Assembly: GCF_009914755.1 (NCBI RefSeq)
Contig: NC_060926.1
Length of the DNA stretch: 64,000 bases
Reading direction: 5' to 3' (one strand)
DNA from: the human T2T-CHM13v2.0 reference genome, Homo sapiens
The notes under the pieces are model-generated. The model was not told the DNA's origin, did not search any database, and saw only the letters and a list, made by a program, of their open reading frames with translations. Shown here one piece after another: positions 10,265 to 22,100 of the stretch. Made by a program: the position numbers and the translations under genes. Positions within the stretch are counted from its first letter, which is position 1; each line of letters starts with the position of its first letter.

Positions 10265-12705
10265 GTGCCTTGAAGCTCCCCGAAGGCTGTGGAAAGCTCC
10301 TCCACGTCTTTGTTCTCCCATGAGGCTCATGGTCCCAGAGCGTGGTCTAATTCCTGAGGCCAGCAGGCCTGGGTTCTGTGCCTGTGTCTCTGGACTTCCA
10401 GCACTAAGTCGCGGGCAGGCTTGTGCGGGAACCCCTGAATATCCGGAGGCCCAGAGACCCAGAGGCCCAGAGACCCAGAAGCCCTGGACGTGAGGCCTGA
10501 CTTCCTGCTTACCAGCTCCGAGGTGGTCTTGGGGTGTGGTCACCCCACAGTCTCTGAGGCAGACCCCCACTGTCCCTCTGAGGACAGGTCTCCAGGGCCC
10601 AGTTTCCCTTTGCCAGGCAAATGGGGCTGCCCAGCTCCAGAGCCTAGTCTGCCACTCCTGGCTGAAGGGTGGCCAGGGCCAGTTGAAGCCTGAACCCTCC
10701 TTTAGGTAGCATGGAACATTCCAGAGACATAATCTGTCTGCCCTTTTCTCTCTCAGACAGTGGGAGTGTTTCCTCTTTTTGCAGTTACGTGTCAGCAGAT
10801 TGCTTTCTTTTAGGAAAGGGTTCATCTCACCGGTGACTTTGTGCAGAAGAGAGCAGGCGGGAACGGGAAAAGCGCACGTAAGATCCCGCCAGGCCCTCGA
10901 GGCCCCGCATGGCTGATGAAGAACATGCCTGTGTTTCCGGCCAAGGTGGTTTCCTGCCAGGACAAATGAGCCCGAGTCGCTCCACTTTCCCTGGGCCCAC
11001 ATAGCCGGCCCTTGGGGGACATTGAAGCAGTAGCCCCAGCCTCACCACGAGGCTGCCCAGGGAGGAAGACTGAGTCCTCCACTGTGCAGGGACCACATGG
11101 GGCAGCTCTGTTTGAGAACTGATGGGTGGTTTTGCTAAATGGAGCAGAGCGAGGAGCTCCGGAAGCTTCCATGTCAGGGGAGGGAGCTGCAGATTGGCAC
11201 AAACCCATGGGAGAGGGCTCCTCAGAAGACAGAGCATGGCTGAGCTGGCAATTCTCCACCCTCATGGCTGTGCCTGGGACCCTCTATGCTTTCTGCACTC
11301 TGAGGAAACCTTCACATGCCTCAGATGGGTCCAGAGATATGCACCCACCACCCTGGCCCCATGCGCTGTTGCGTCTCACAGCAGAGAGCAGAGGAAGCAC
11401 CTGTTCGGTCCAGGGGCCCCACATCTCCAGTTGGGAAGCTGGGGCAGGCTTTTCAGGGTACCCCACTGGGCCACCCAGGGGTCCAGGCTCAGCATAGTCA
11501 TGGTTCTGGCATAGGACCCTGAAAAGAACTGAATTCTAGTTTTACATTGAGCCCAAGACCAGCTCAGGCCAAAGCCTCACTCATTTGCAAACACTGATGT
11601 GGCACCTGCCATGGTGCCATGAAGGGCCAGAGGTCAGGCAGGTGGGGAGATAATGCCCTTCCCCAAGAGGTATAATGCCCTTCCCAAAGGGGTATAAGTC
11701 CCACGGTTGTGGGGCCTGAATATCGGTCCTACCCTTTCCCAAGGAACTCAACAGCTGCACCCAGGGACAGCAGGGACACCAGGACTTAGGGTACAAGACA
11801 CAGGCAGAGGCCCCTGAGCTTGGACGCTGGCCCCAGCTATGCAGCTGTGTGGCTCGAGTCAGCTCCCAAACCTCAGTCGCACATCTGAAAATGAAGACTA
11901 ATTGCCCACTAAGGGTTGGGAGGACAAACTGGGTCTTTGAATTCCTGGAAATCTGGAGACTAGTCAGGAGGCCGCTGCAGGCAGAAATGTCCTATACAAG
12001 AAGAAAGAAGTGGAAATACACCTCATGTGCTGGAGGATGATGGAAACCGGTTGCAGGTGGTCCCGGCGACAGGTCTTTTGTGGCTGTGCGCCAAGCCAGG
12101 AGGAGCTGGTTCCATGATCTGGGTGGACAGACCTGGCAGCAGGTGCTGTTCAACTCTTCTATATCATTATTGATTTTCTGTCCATATGTTCTATCAATTA
12201 TTGACGATATTGGAATCTCTGTTGACAATTATGGATTTGTCTAGTTCTTGTTGTGGTTCTGTCAGATTTCGCTTCGTGTATTTTGAAGCTCTATAATAAG
12301 ATAAATGAACAGTTAGGATTGTTATGTCCTTTTGATGAATTGATCCCTTTATCATTATGAAATGATCATTCATTTCTTTATCCCTGGTGATATTCTTTGC
12401 TTTGAAGTCCACTTTGATGAGTAAACGCTCCAGATTTATGGTTGATTAGTCTTAGCATGGTGTATCTTTTTCCATCCTTTTACATTTAATATTTTTTTGT
12501 CTTTCTATATAAAGTGGGTTTCTTGTAAGCATCATAGACTTGCTTTTCATCAAAGCTGACATCTGCCTTTTAATTGAGGCATTTAGACAGTGTAGATTTC
12601 ATATGATGATTGATATGGTTCAGCTTAAGCTTATCATCTATTTGTCTCATCTGTTTTTTGTTCCCCTTTTAGCCCTCTTTTAGATTAATTGAATAGTTTC
12701 TATGA

Positions 12706-13040
<335 letters not shown>

Positions 13041-13949
13041 CTATAATTCTTTCTTTTGTTATTTCAGTGATCGCCTTAGGGTCTATATGCACCTCTAAGT
13101 TATGACGGTCTGTCTTGAAGTAATACACGACTTTAGGTATAGTATAAAAACCTTACAATAGTATACTTTCACATCTTCACTCCCAGCCTTGATGCTAAGG
13201 TTGCCATTCATTTTACTTATACATATGTTAGGAACCTCATGCTCTGTTATTATTTTTGTTAAATGGTCAATTTTATTTTAAAGAGATTCTGTATAATAAG
13301 AAAACTATCAATATATTTACTCACATAGTTACTGTTTCCGGTACTCTTCATTCCTCTGTGTAGATCCGAATTTCCGTTTGGTGTCATTTTTCTTCTGATG
13401 GGACTTTCTTGAACATTTCTTGTAGTGTGTCTGCTGGTGAAAAATGCTTTCAGCTTGAGTTCCTCTGAAAAAAGACTCTGTTTGACCTTTAGTTTCGGAA
13501 GGTAATGGAGACAGGCGTAGAGTTTTAGGCTCATGGCATTTTCGTTTTTGTAATTTAAATGTGTTACTCCACCATCTTCTTGCCCGTATTGTTTCTGATG
13601 AGAAATCTGCTCTCATCTTATCATCCGTCCCCTGCATGCAAAATGCCACTTTTCTCTGGTCACTTTTAAGATTGTCCTGTCCATCACTGGCTTTGAGCCG
13701 TTTGATTATGACCTGCCTTTGGTGTGGTTTTCTTCACGTAGTTTCCTCAAGATTAAGGCTCATTGAGCTTATTGGGTCTATCAGTTTATAGTTTTCATCA
13801 AATTTGGAAAATTTTTTGACCATTACTGCTTCAAATATATTTTCTATCCCACTTTCTCTCCTCTCCTTCAGGGACTTCAATTACACATATATTAGGCCAC
13901 TTGAAGTTGTACCATATCTCACTGATACAATTTTCACTTAAAAAAACAC

Positions 13950-14420
13950 CATAAAGGCACATGCATGCGTATGTTTGTTGCAGCACTATTCACAATAGCA
14001 AAGAGGTGGATCAACCTAAATACCCCACAATGGTAGACTGGATAAAGAAAACATACACCATAGAATACTATGCAGCCATAAAAAAGCATGAAATCATGTC
14101 CTTTGCAGCAACATTGATGGAGCTGGAGGCCATGATCCTAAGCAAATTCACGCAGGAACAGAAAACCAAATACCATGCTCTCACTTATAAGTGGCAGTGA
14201 AACAACGAGGACACATGAACACAAAGAGGAGAACAAGAGACAACAGGGCCTGCTTGAGGGTGGAGGGTGAGAGGAGAGAGAGGATCATGAAATTACCTAT
14301 TGGGTACTATGCTCATTACCTGGGTGATGAAATAATCTGTACACCAAACCCCTGTGACACACAGTTTACCTACGTAACAAACTGCACACGCACCTTGAAC
14401 CGAAAATAAAAGTTAAAAAG
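13950..14420 (+). mobile_element. 5'-truncated primate L1 3' end (L1PA15/16-like)
   Basis: GCAGCACTATTCACAATAGCAAAG...ACACCAAACCCCTGTGACACACAGTTTACC...AAATAAAAGTTAAAAA. Confidence 0.88.
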
Positions 14421-14740
<320 letters not shown>

Positions 14741-15839
14741 TTAAAAAGAAGAAACTTGGCCCAACTTCTTCTCAAAAAGAAAAAATGACTTTTTTCCCCT
14801 CTATGTTTCATTTCGGAGAGCTTCTATTACCGTGTCTTCAAGTTCACTAATATTTTATTCTGTAACGTGTAACCTGCCATGAATCCATCCAGTGTGTTTT
14901 TCATTTCAGCCATTATAGTTTTCATCTTTAAAACTTTAATTTGTCCTTTTTATATCTTCCACATCTTTACTCCACTTTTAAAACATATGGAATACAGTTA
15001 TGGTAACTTTTATTTCTTTGTCTGCTAATTCTAACATCTGCATCAGTTCTGGGTCTGTTTTGATTGATTTTTCTCCTTATTATAGGACATATTTTTCTGT
15101 TTCTTTATCTGCCTGGTAATCTTTGATTGGATGCCAGATATTGAGAATTTCATCTCGTTGGGTGCTGGGTGTTTTTGTATATCTGCACATATTCTTGAGG
15201 TTTGTTCTGGGATGCGACTGAGTTTCTTGATCCTCTTGGATCTTACTTTTGAAGTTTGTTAGGTGGAACCGGAACCTCGTTTACACTAAGGGTACTTATT
15301 CTCCAATACTCAGGCAAGTACTGATACGCCACCCGATGTCCTCTGAGATTTCCAGTTTGTCATGTGGGCACAGGTGCTATTTGCAGACCGATGTGAGTGC
15401 CAGGCATTATTTCCTTTCATCTTTAAGGTGATTCTTTGCTCGGTCTTGGGCAGTTTCCTCACACACACCCGCCAATCCTGAAGGTGAGCCTCTGCAGATC
15501 TCTGGATTCTCTCCTCTCTGGGACTCTGCCCTGCCAAGGGTAGTTGCACTGGTCTCCCCGAAATCTCTATCTTCCCAACTCAGAGAGTCTGCTGGGCTCT
15601 GCCTGAGTGGAGGAGATGCCTCCTTCTTGTTCTGTGGCCTGAAAACTCAAGGCAGTGCATTGGGCTACCATAGGGCTCAATGGTTTCCTTCCCATCCCAC
15701 AGGGATCACTGTCCTTCACTGCCTCCTTCCAGTGTTCGGAAGACCGTTGTTTTTCATATTTGGTCTGCTTTTTGTGTGTTTTTGTTTCCTATGGAGGGTA
15801 AATTTGGTCTGTGACAAAGTCTTTGTGCTGTGGTTCTCT

Positions 15840-16247
15840 CCATCTGCGCTAGGTTGGCCTTCCTCATCTCAATGCCCCCATGCCTGACATGGCACCTGAC
15901 ATTCAGTCCATCTACACTAGGTCAGCCTTCCTTATCTCAACGCCTCCATGCCAGACATGGCACCTGACACTCAGTCCATCTGCACTAGGTCGGCCTTCCT
16001 CATCTCAACGCCCCCATGCCTGACATGGCACCTGACACTCAGTCCATCTGCACTAGGTCGGCCTTCCTCATCTCAACGCCCCCATGCCTGACATGGCACC
16101 TGACACTCAGTCCAACTGCACTAGGTCGGCCTTCCTCATCTCAACACCCCCATGCCTGACATGGCACCTTACACTCAGTCCATCTGCACTAGGTCAGCCT
16201 TCCTCATCTCAACACCCCCATGCCTGACATGGCACCTGACATTCAGT
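15840..16247. repeat. Minisatellite, 68-bp unit, 6 copies
   Basis: Unit CCATCTGCACTAGGTCGGCCTTCCTCATCTCAACGCCCCCATGCCTGACATGGCACCTGACACTCAGT starting at 15840, 15908, 15976, 16044, 16112 and 16180. Confidence 0.96.
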
Positions 16248-16734
16248 GGAAACTGCATGCGCGTAGATTACATGAACGGATGAGCAAATGAACTTAACTG
16301 GGAGTAACAAAGGGCGCTGAAGGCATTTGTCACCAGCTGAAGAAGTGTCACTGCTCTCTTCACACACATCTGTATATGTGTCTTGTTTCTCACGGTGATA
16401 GTTTTGAGGCCAAGGAACCTGTTGAATTAATTCATATCACATCCTTAAGGCTCAGTGACTTCGTTTTGCACAATGTAGGCTTTTAATAAATGTTTGCTTA
16501 ATAAATAATTCATGGGTCGTTTAGACACGTGTCTGACAAACTTGGGTTGAAGTGTGAATGTAACAAATTTGTCTCTAATCCCAGCTGTGTGGAGTCTTTC
16601 TTCTCTGCTCTAGCACTGTGCTATCGACTACTGATAGCACCAGTCGGTAGCAGATCCCAGGACAAAATTATAGTTAAAAGATGCATGACCCATGGTGCCT
16701 TAACTTTCATATATGATGTCTTCATCTTTTCAAG

Positions 16735-16848
16735 GTGTTTAGATGACCATAGGAAGAAAAAGCGAGAGATAGAGGAAGTTAAAGAAGAAATGTTGGCTGC
16801 CATTGAAAACCAATCACAAATAAAGTTACAAAGTCAATTGGAAAGCAA
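16735..16848 (+). other. Candidate internal exon, 114 nt, frame-preserving; coding status unknown
   Basis: Branch-like CTTAAC (16699-16704), acceptor TCTTCATCTTTTCAAG|G and a moderate donor CAA|GTGATT. Open frame reads CLDDHRKKKREIEEVKEEMLAAIENQSQIKLQSQLES. Confidence 0.3.
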
Positions 16849-17800
16849 GTGATTCTTCACAAATGCAAATCCTAGGACAGTGCCTGGCAGAGAGGAACTC
16901 CTCACTCCACCATTCTAATTCAATAATAGTCAGTTACTAAGGGCACAGCACTTTTAGGAGGAGCTCTCCCCTCTCCTACTTATGCAGAGGGGCCAAAGGA
17001 TATATGACCAGGCTGTCAGCATGGGCTTCGAAGCGCTTGCATTGGGGATGCTAAAGGAAGCAGGTGCTGAGCATGAAGGAGATCAGAATCAATGAGTTAC
17101 ACAGGCGTGTATTCTCAACCAGAGGTGTGGCTGCACCATTAAGCCAGGGAAAGGTGGGCTGGGACACAGGACTCAAATAATCCCTCTGGCTGGACCAACG
17201 CAGAGGCCATGAAGACAGAGGAGTGGAATGTTGGGGAAAGGAGCTTTTCCATTTTTCTCTCCTTTCAGAGCCATTTTGCCTGTTTTCAAATCTAGTAACA
17301 GCATTGCTTCACCAGCGCAGTGTTGTAGATACAGCCTGTGGGTCACACCAGGATGCAATTACACTGCTGGCGGCACAGTGAGCCAAGAGGCTCTGGATGG
17401 AGCCTGGCCACCCAGCCTTCCCTCCTCAAAGTTTAGAAACTCGCCAACCCGACCCGCCTGCTGGAGGCATGGCTGCAAACCTGCAGGGTGCCACGTTTGA
17501 TTTTTAAGCCTGGTGTGCTTCCTTGCCTAAATTACTTTGTGATGTATCATACTGAACCCTAAAATATTTTGTAGCCAGTTTTATTACGAAATGGATTCTA
17601 TTTGGTGATTACAAAATATTCTGCTTTTAAGTAGTCTCAGTTCTTCAGCTGCTTCCACATGTGTGTTCAGCCTGTTGAAGAAGATGCGGGAGGCATTGAG
17701 CCTCCCAGAGAAAGACCCTGCAAGAGACTCCAGGGAAGAAAAACTCTCAAATTAAAGTTGTGAGCTCTGGCCCCCGCGTGCTGACAAAATCCATTGCATG

Positions 17801-17819
17801 CACCGCCCTCTTGTGGTCA
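17801..17819 (-). promoter_or_regulatory. Candidate CTCF binding site
   Basis: Minus strand reads TGACCACAAGAGGGCGGTG, close to the CTCF core CCASYAGRKGGCRS, in unique CpG-containing sequence. Confidence 0.55.
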
Positions 17820-18719
17820 CGCAGCAGGTGACACACTTCAAAGGCAAGTTACACGGACTCTGCGCTTGGCCCCGGGGAACAGGTTCTCTGTTAGGAAAAG
17901 CGTTTCTGAACATTCCTTTATTCACATGTGCACGCACACAGCACTATAAGCAAGTGAGATCTGACATCAGGGCTATTCTCCCCTATCACAAGGAAATAAC
18001 ACAAATGTGGATTTTTTAAAAGCTCAGAACTGTGGGTGAAGATTCCAAAATCACAGGATGTCCAAACTGGAAAGGATCCTGACATGATCTTGATCAAATC
18101 CCCTCCATTTTTTTTTTTAAAGTGGTGGGGGGTTTGTGTGATCTTAGACAACTCACTGTATGTCCCAGAGACACATATTGACTTGCCTAAGATCACACAG
18201 CAAATCGCTGGTGTTGAGGTACAGGCCTCTGTCCCATGCCGGAAGTGGCTCTGGGACTCACCACTCCAGCTCTTCACTGGAGACGTCAGGAGACTGAGTC
18301 CAGCGAGGTCGAGAGGCCAGGGCCACGCAGGGAGCCCGAGAGCTGAGCTCTGGTGCTGGTCCCCTGGGCAGTGGGTCCCTTCTCCCATCTATGTCCTTCC
18401 CTGTTCTTGGGCAGGGACTGTCTCTTCCACCAGGACCTCTGTGCCCAGGACCGGACAAGAGGGGCTTGTGGCAAGTATGGACGGATGAAGGGGGCACCAA
18501 CCAGGACTCAGGAAGAGCAGGGGCCAGAAGCAGGGCCTGGGCTAACTTATGGTTCAAATGGTAAATTTTATGTTATGTATATTTTACCACAGTGAAAAAG
18601 GAAACAGCAGTTTTAAACCCAAATTTAAAAAAAGGAAATAAAAAAAAAACTTAGGAACTTCTTTATGAGGCTACAGAGCAGCTACCACCAGCCCCATTTG
18701 ACAAGAAAAATGCTATTCC

Positions 18720-19145
18720 CTTTTTTATTGTGGTGAAACATACATAACATAAAATTTGCCATTTTTATCATTTTAAGTGCACACTTCAGTGGCATTAAGC
18801 ACATCTGCGCTGCTGTGCAACCGTCACCACTGTTCAGCTCCAGAACTTTCCATCTTCCCAAATGAGACTCTGTCCCCCATGAAACACGAACTCCCTGTTT
18901 CCTCCCCCAGCCCTGGCACCCGCAATCCTACTTTCCGTCTCTATGATTTTGACCCCTTAGCTTCCTCATGTGAGTGGAATCGTGCAAGGTTCGTCTTTTT
19001 GTGGCTGGTTGTTTCACTCAGCAGAACATCCTTAGGTGCCGTCCATGTTCCCTTCCTTTCCAAGGCCGGGTGCTGTCCCACCCTACGGATAAATCACCTT
19101 TCGTTTCTCCATTCATTCATCAGTGGACACTGGGTTGCTTCCACA
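18720..19145 (-). mobile_element. L1MB-like 3' end
   Basis: TTTTTTATTGTGGTGAAACATACATAACATAAAATTTGCCATT...CAGTGGCATTAAGCACAT...CATTCATCAGTGGACACTGGGTTGCTTCCAC. Confidence 0.85.
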
Positions 19146-22100
19146 GTCCACGTGGTTTCACCGAAGCCTGGCAGTGGGAGCTGTCCCCTCTGGTGGACAG
19201 TGAACTCACTCTGGGGGAGGGGTCGAGTAACCATGGTCAGATGGCTCTTGCGGTGAGAGGTATGTGCCTGCTCTGAGCAAGGCACCCCGAAGGCTGAGGC
19301 CTCTCTGGAGGCTGGTAACTGTCACCCAGGCCACAGCATCTTGGGCAACCTGGATTCCTTCCTTTCCACCTGGGAAGCTTGGCTGACCTGGGGCCCAGCT
19401 CAGGCTGTAGCCAGGATCGGATGCTGTTTTAAATTTGGGATTGGATTCAGAAGGATCGGGAACCTGAAAGTCAACGTCCTTTCGGTTGATCTGAAAACAC
19501 AAAACTCACTGGCTTTGCCAAAAAGGCAGTTCTCAAATTCGCAGCCAAAGAACGCATCGAACAGAAATAGCATTAGAGGGAGTGCGGGGATCCCTTCCAT
19601 GTTACCGTGAAGTTCTCATACTGTTGAGCGAACGTGGGAGTCAGGGTGGAGAAAGCGTGGCCTGGCCGGCAGGGCACCGCACACTGTGCCGCTGTCTCCC
19701 CACTTCGTTTTCATTCTCTTTAAAAACCAAAACTGAAAAACCCTGCCCGTAACTACTTGCACTTATGTCCCAAACACCTCTGACTTCTCATCCGCATTCT
19801 CACTGAGGAACGTGATGCCAAGGAAGGGACTTTAAAAAATCTCTTAATTAATTATTGGTTATAATGAATGCCGAGGAGGGCACGTTTCCAAAACCCTCGT
19901 CTCCACGGTTTGCTTTCTGTTGTGTGTGCGTCCGTTGTAAACACAGCTTTCAGAATTTTCGCTGATGCTCAAGTGCTCTTTCCAGCAACAGCATTCATAC
20001 ACGCCAGGCCACTTCCCGCAAGTCATAATTACAACATAAAGCCAAATTAAATGTTCTAACGCTGTCGCTCCAACTCCTTCACATTTCCTTGCTCTTAGCA
20101 AACTTCCTTTTTTGAGTCCTGCAAAAGATTCGCTATTTTCCATTAAAGTAGACTCACTATTTCCTTCTAGAGTATTAAAAGTGCAAAGAGCCACAGGTAA
20201 AGCCTTCCTTTTCTCTGGTCTTACCGCATCCTTTGTCCAAACAAAGGCAGAAGTCCCCTGTCCCCCATGCAGTTGTATGTACGCAGAGAGCCCAGTCCCA
20301 GCTCCTAGGCGGTCAGACAGGCACCCCGAGTCACCACTGGCCTGCCAGCACCAGCAGCTCCAGGTCCCTGAAATCCAGCAGGCATAACCTAAGAGGTTAC
20401 CTAGAGTTCAGTCAAGCTCCTCAAATAGCCACTAAGTGAAATGAGGAAAAGTTATGTAAAGTGAAGTAAAATCCTCAACAATGAAACACAAAGCTGTTAT
20501 TCTCTTTTTATGAAACTCCAGTAAATTGTTTCAGAAAATGAAAGTGCCGGAAAAGAAATATTTCCATTGGGAACTAGAGATGCCCTGTGTTAAAATGGTC
20601 ACACAGAAATCTGGACGACCAAGCTTTAAAGCTTTGGCTGTGTTTTAAGCTATAGCCTCGGTTCATTAGAATGGGATTTTTTTTTTTAACCAACAAACTT
20701 CTACTTTTTCTCTCTATGTGTTGTTCTGCTTAAGCCTCTGAAAACTAATTTATAAAATTGAAAATGTGTTCTTGTAGCAATTCCATACTTTCTAATAAAC
20801 TTGATATAGACCCTTTTGTAGTTAATGGAATCCTTTTTTAAAATTATGTTTGAATTTTCATTTATTTGAGCTCTTAGAAAACTGTAGATTGCTAAATTGA
20901 AGTTTAAATGAATTTGTTCATTATAGCAGTTAAGAAGGCACCAAAGCCTCACCAGCAATTTCACAATTAATTAAAAATAAAAACTGATTTAAAATTATGC
21001 AGAAAAGGACACTACTTAAATCACACAGCTTTCTTTTTTTTGCTATAGCTGGGTGAGGTTTGAATATCCTAAACTCTTAAATGCAACTATTAAAATGATT
21101 AAACAGTGGGAGTAAAATATTGGCAAATGCAATATCAGCCTAGGTATAACTTCATTTTCATTATCTTGTGGTTTTTTTCTTTTAAAAATAATTTTAAATT
21201 AGTTTTTTTCCTTTTAAAAAGAAAAAACATCAAACCTGTGGCTTTATTGAAGGCTCTCTTTACACTTCATATTTTGGTGGAAATATTGCTAATTCCGAGT
21301 GTATCTTCTTGAAAAGCTTTCTGCAGAGGAAACGGGATGGTTCTAAATTCTGTCTTCTGATTTCTGACACAGCACGGTGAAATTTTTGATGAAACATCTA
21401 TACCAGGCCTCCGGGCTTTCCTGAATTTGTCCAGATAAAGAAGAAGGACAAAAATCTTTTCCATCTGTAATTTTGTAAAGTTATAGAACATTTTTAAAAC
21501 CTGCATTAAATTAGCAATGGAAAGAGTATTCTGTCTCCAAACATTTCTAGAATTGAGAATTTTTTTCTCTAATTCTAGTACATGCTTAACTTCACGCAAC
21601 ATTTTGCCCATATTTATGCATAGATATGCAAACACAATCATGGCAATGGAGAACACTTTTCTAAAAAGCATGTCCACAGTGCTACAATGAAGGTGCTTGG
21701 CCCATCAACTTGTTATATAATAAATACTTTTTAAAAAAAATCAGACTTAAAAATCCTAGTGGGCCTTGTGATAGAAAGTATATCATATAATTAGAAAACA
21801 AAATAACTGGAGTGGAAAGTTTCCTGAAACTAGCTTGATGCCGTATTCCACTTGACATTTACTGTTAAAGAAATTCAATGCACAAATTCAGCCACACCCA
21901 GACTCACCTTTGCATTTAAGTAGTCCAAGATGTTTGGAGGAGAACTGGTGTCCCAGTGTTCAGACATGGGTGAACCAGCTCTCCCTGCCCAGGCACACGA
22001 GCGTGATTCTATCCTGCAGTTTCCTGGATCTGTCATGTGGAAGCAGGCGACATCGTCTTTGATTTTATCATACGAGAGTGTTCCCACTGCATTTGTGCAG

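Noticed and set aside
11650-11700. Short 22-bp near-duplication (ATAATGCCCTTCCC), and the 9-bp repeat near 10446-10485
   Set aside because: Ordinary slippage-scale repeats with no further structure.
21267-21677. 136-aa minus ORF in AT-rich unique DNA
   Set aside because: Non-ATG start, no recognisable domain and only weak splice signals.
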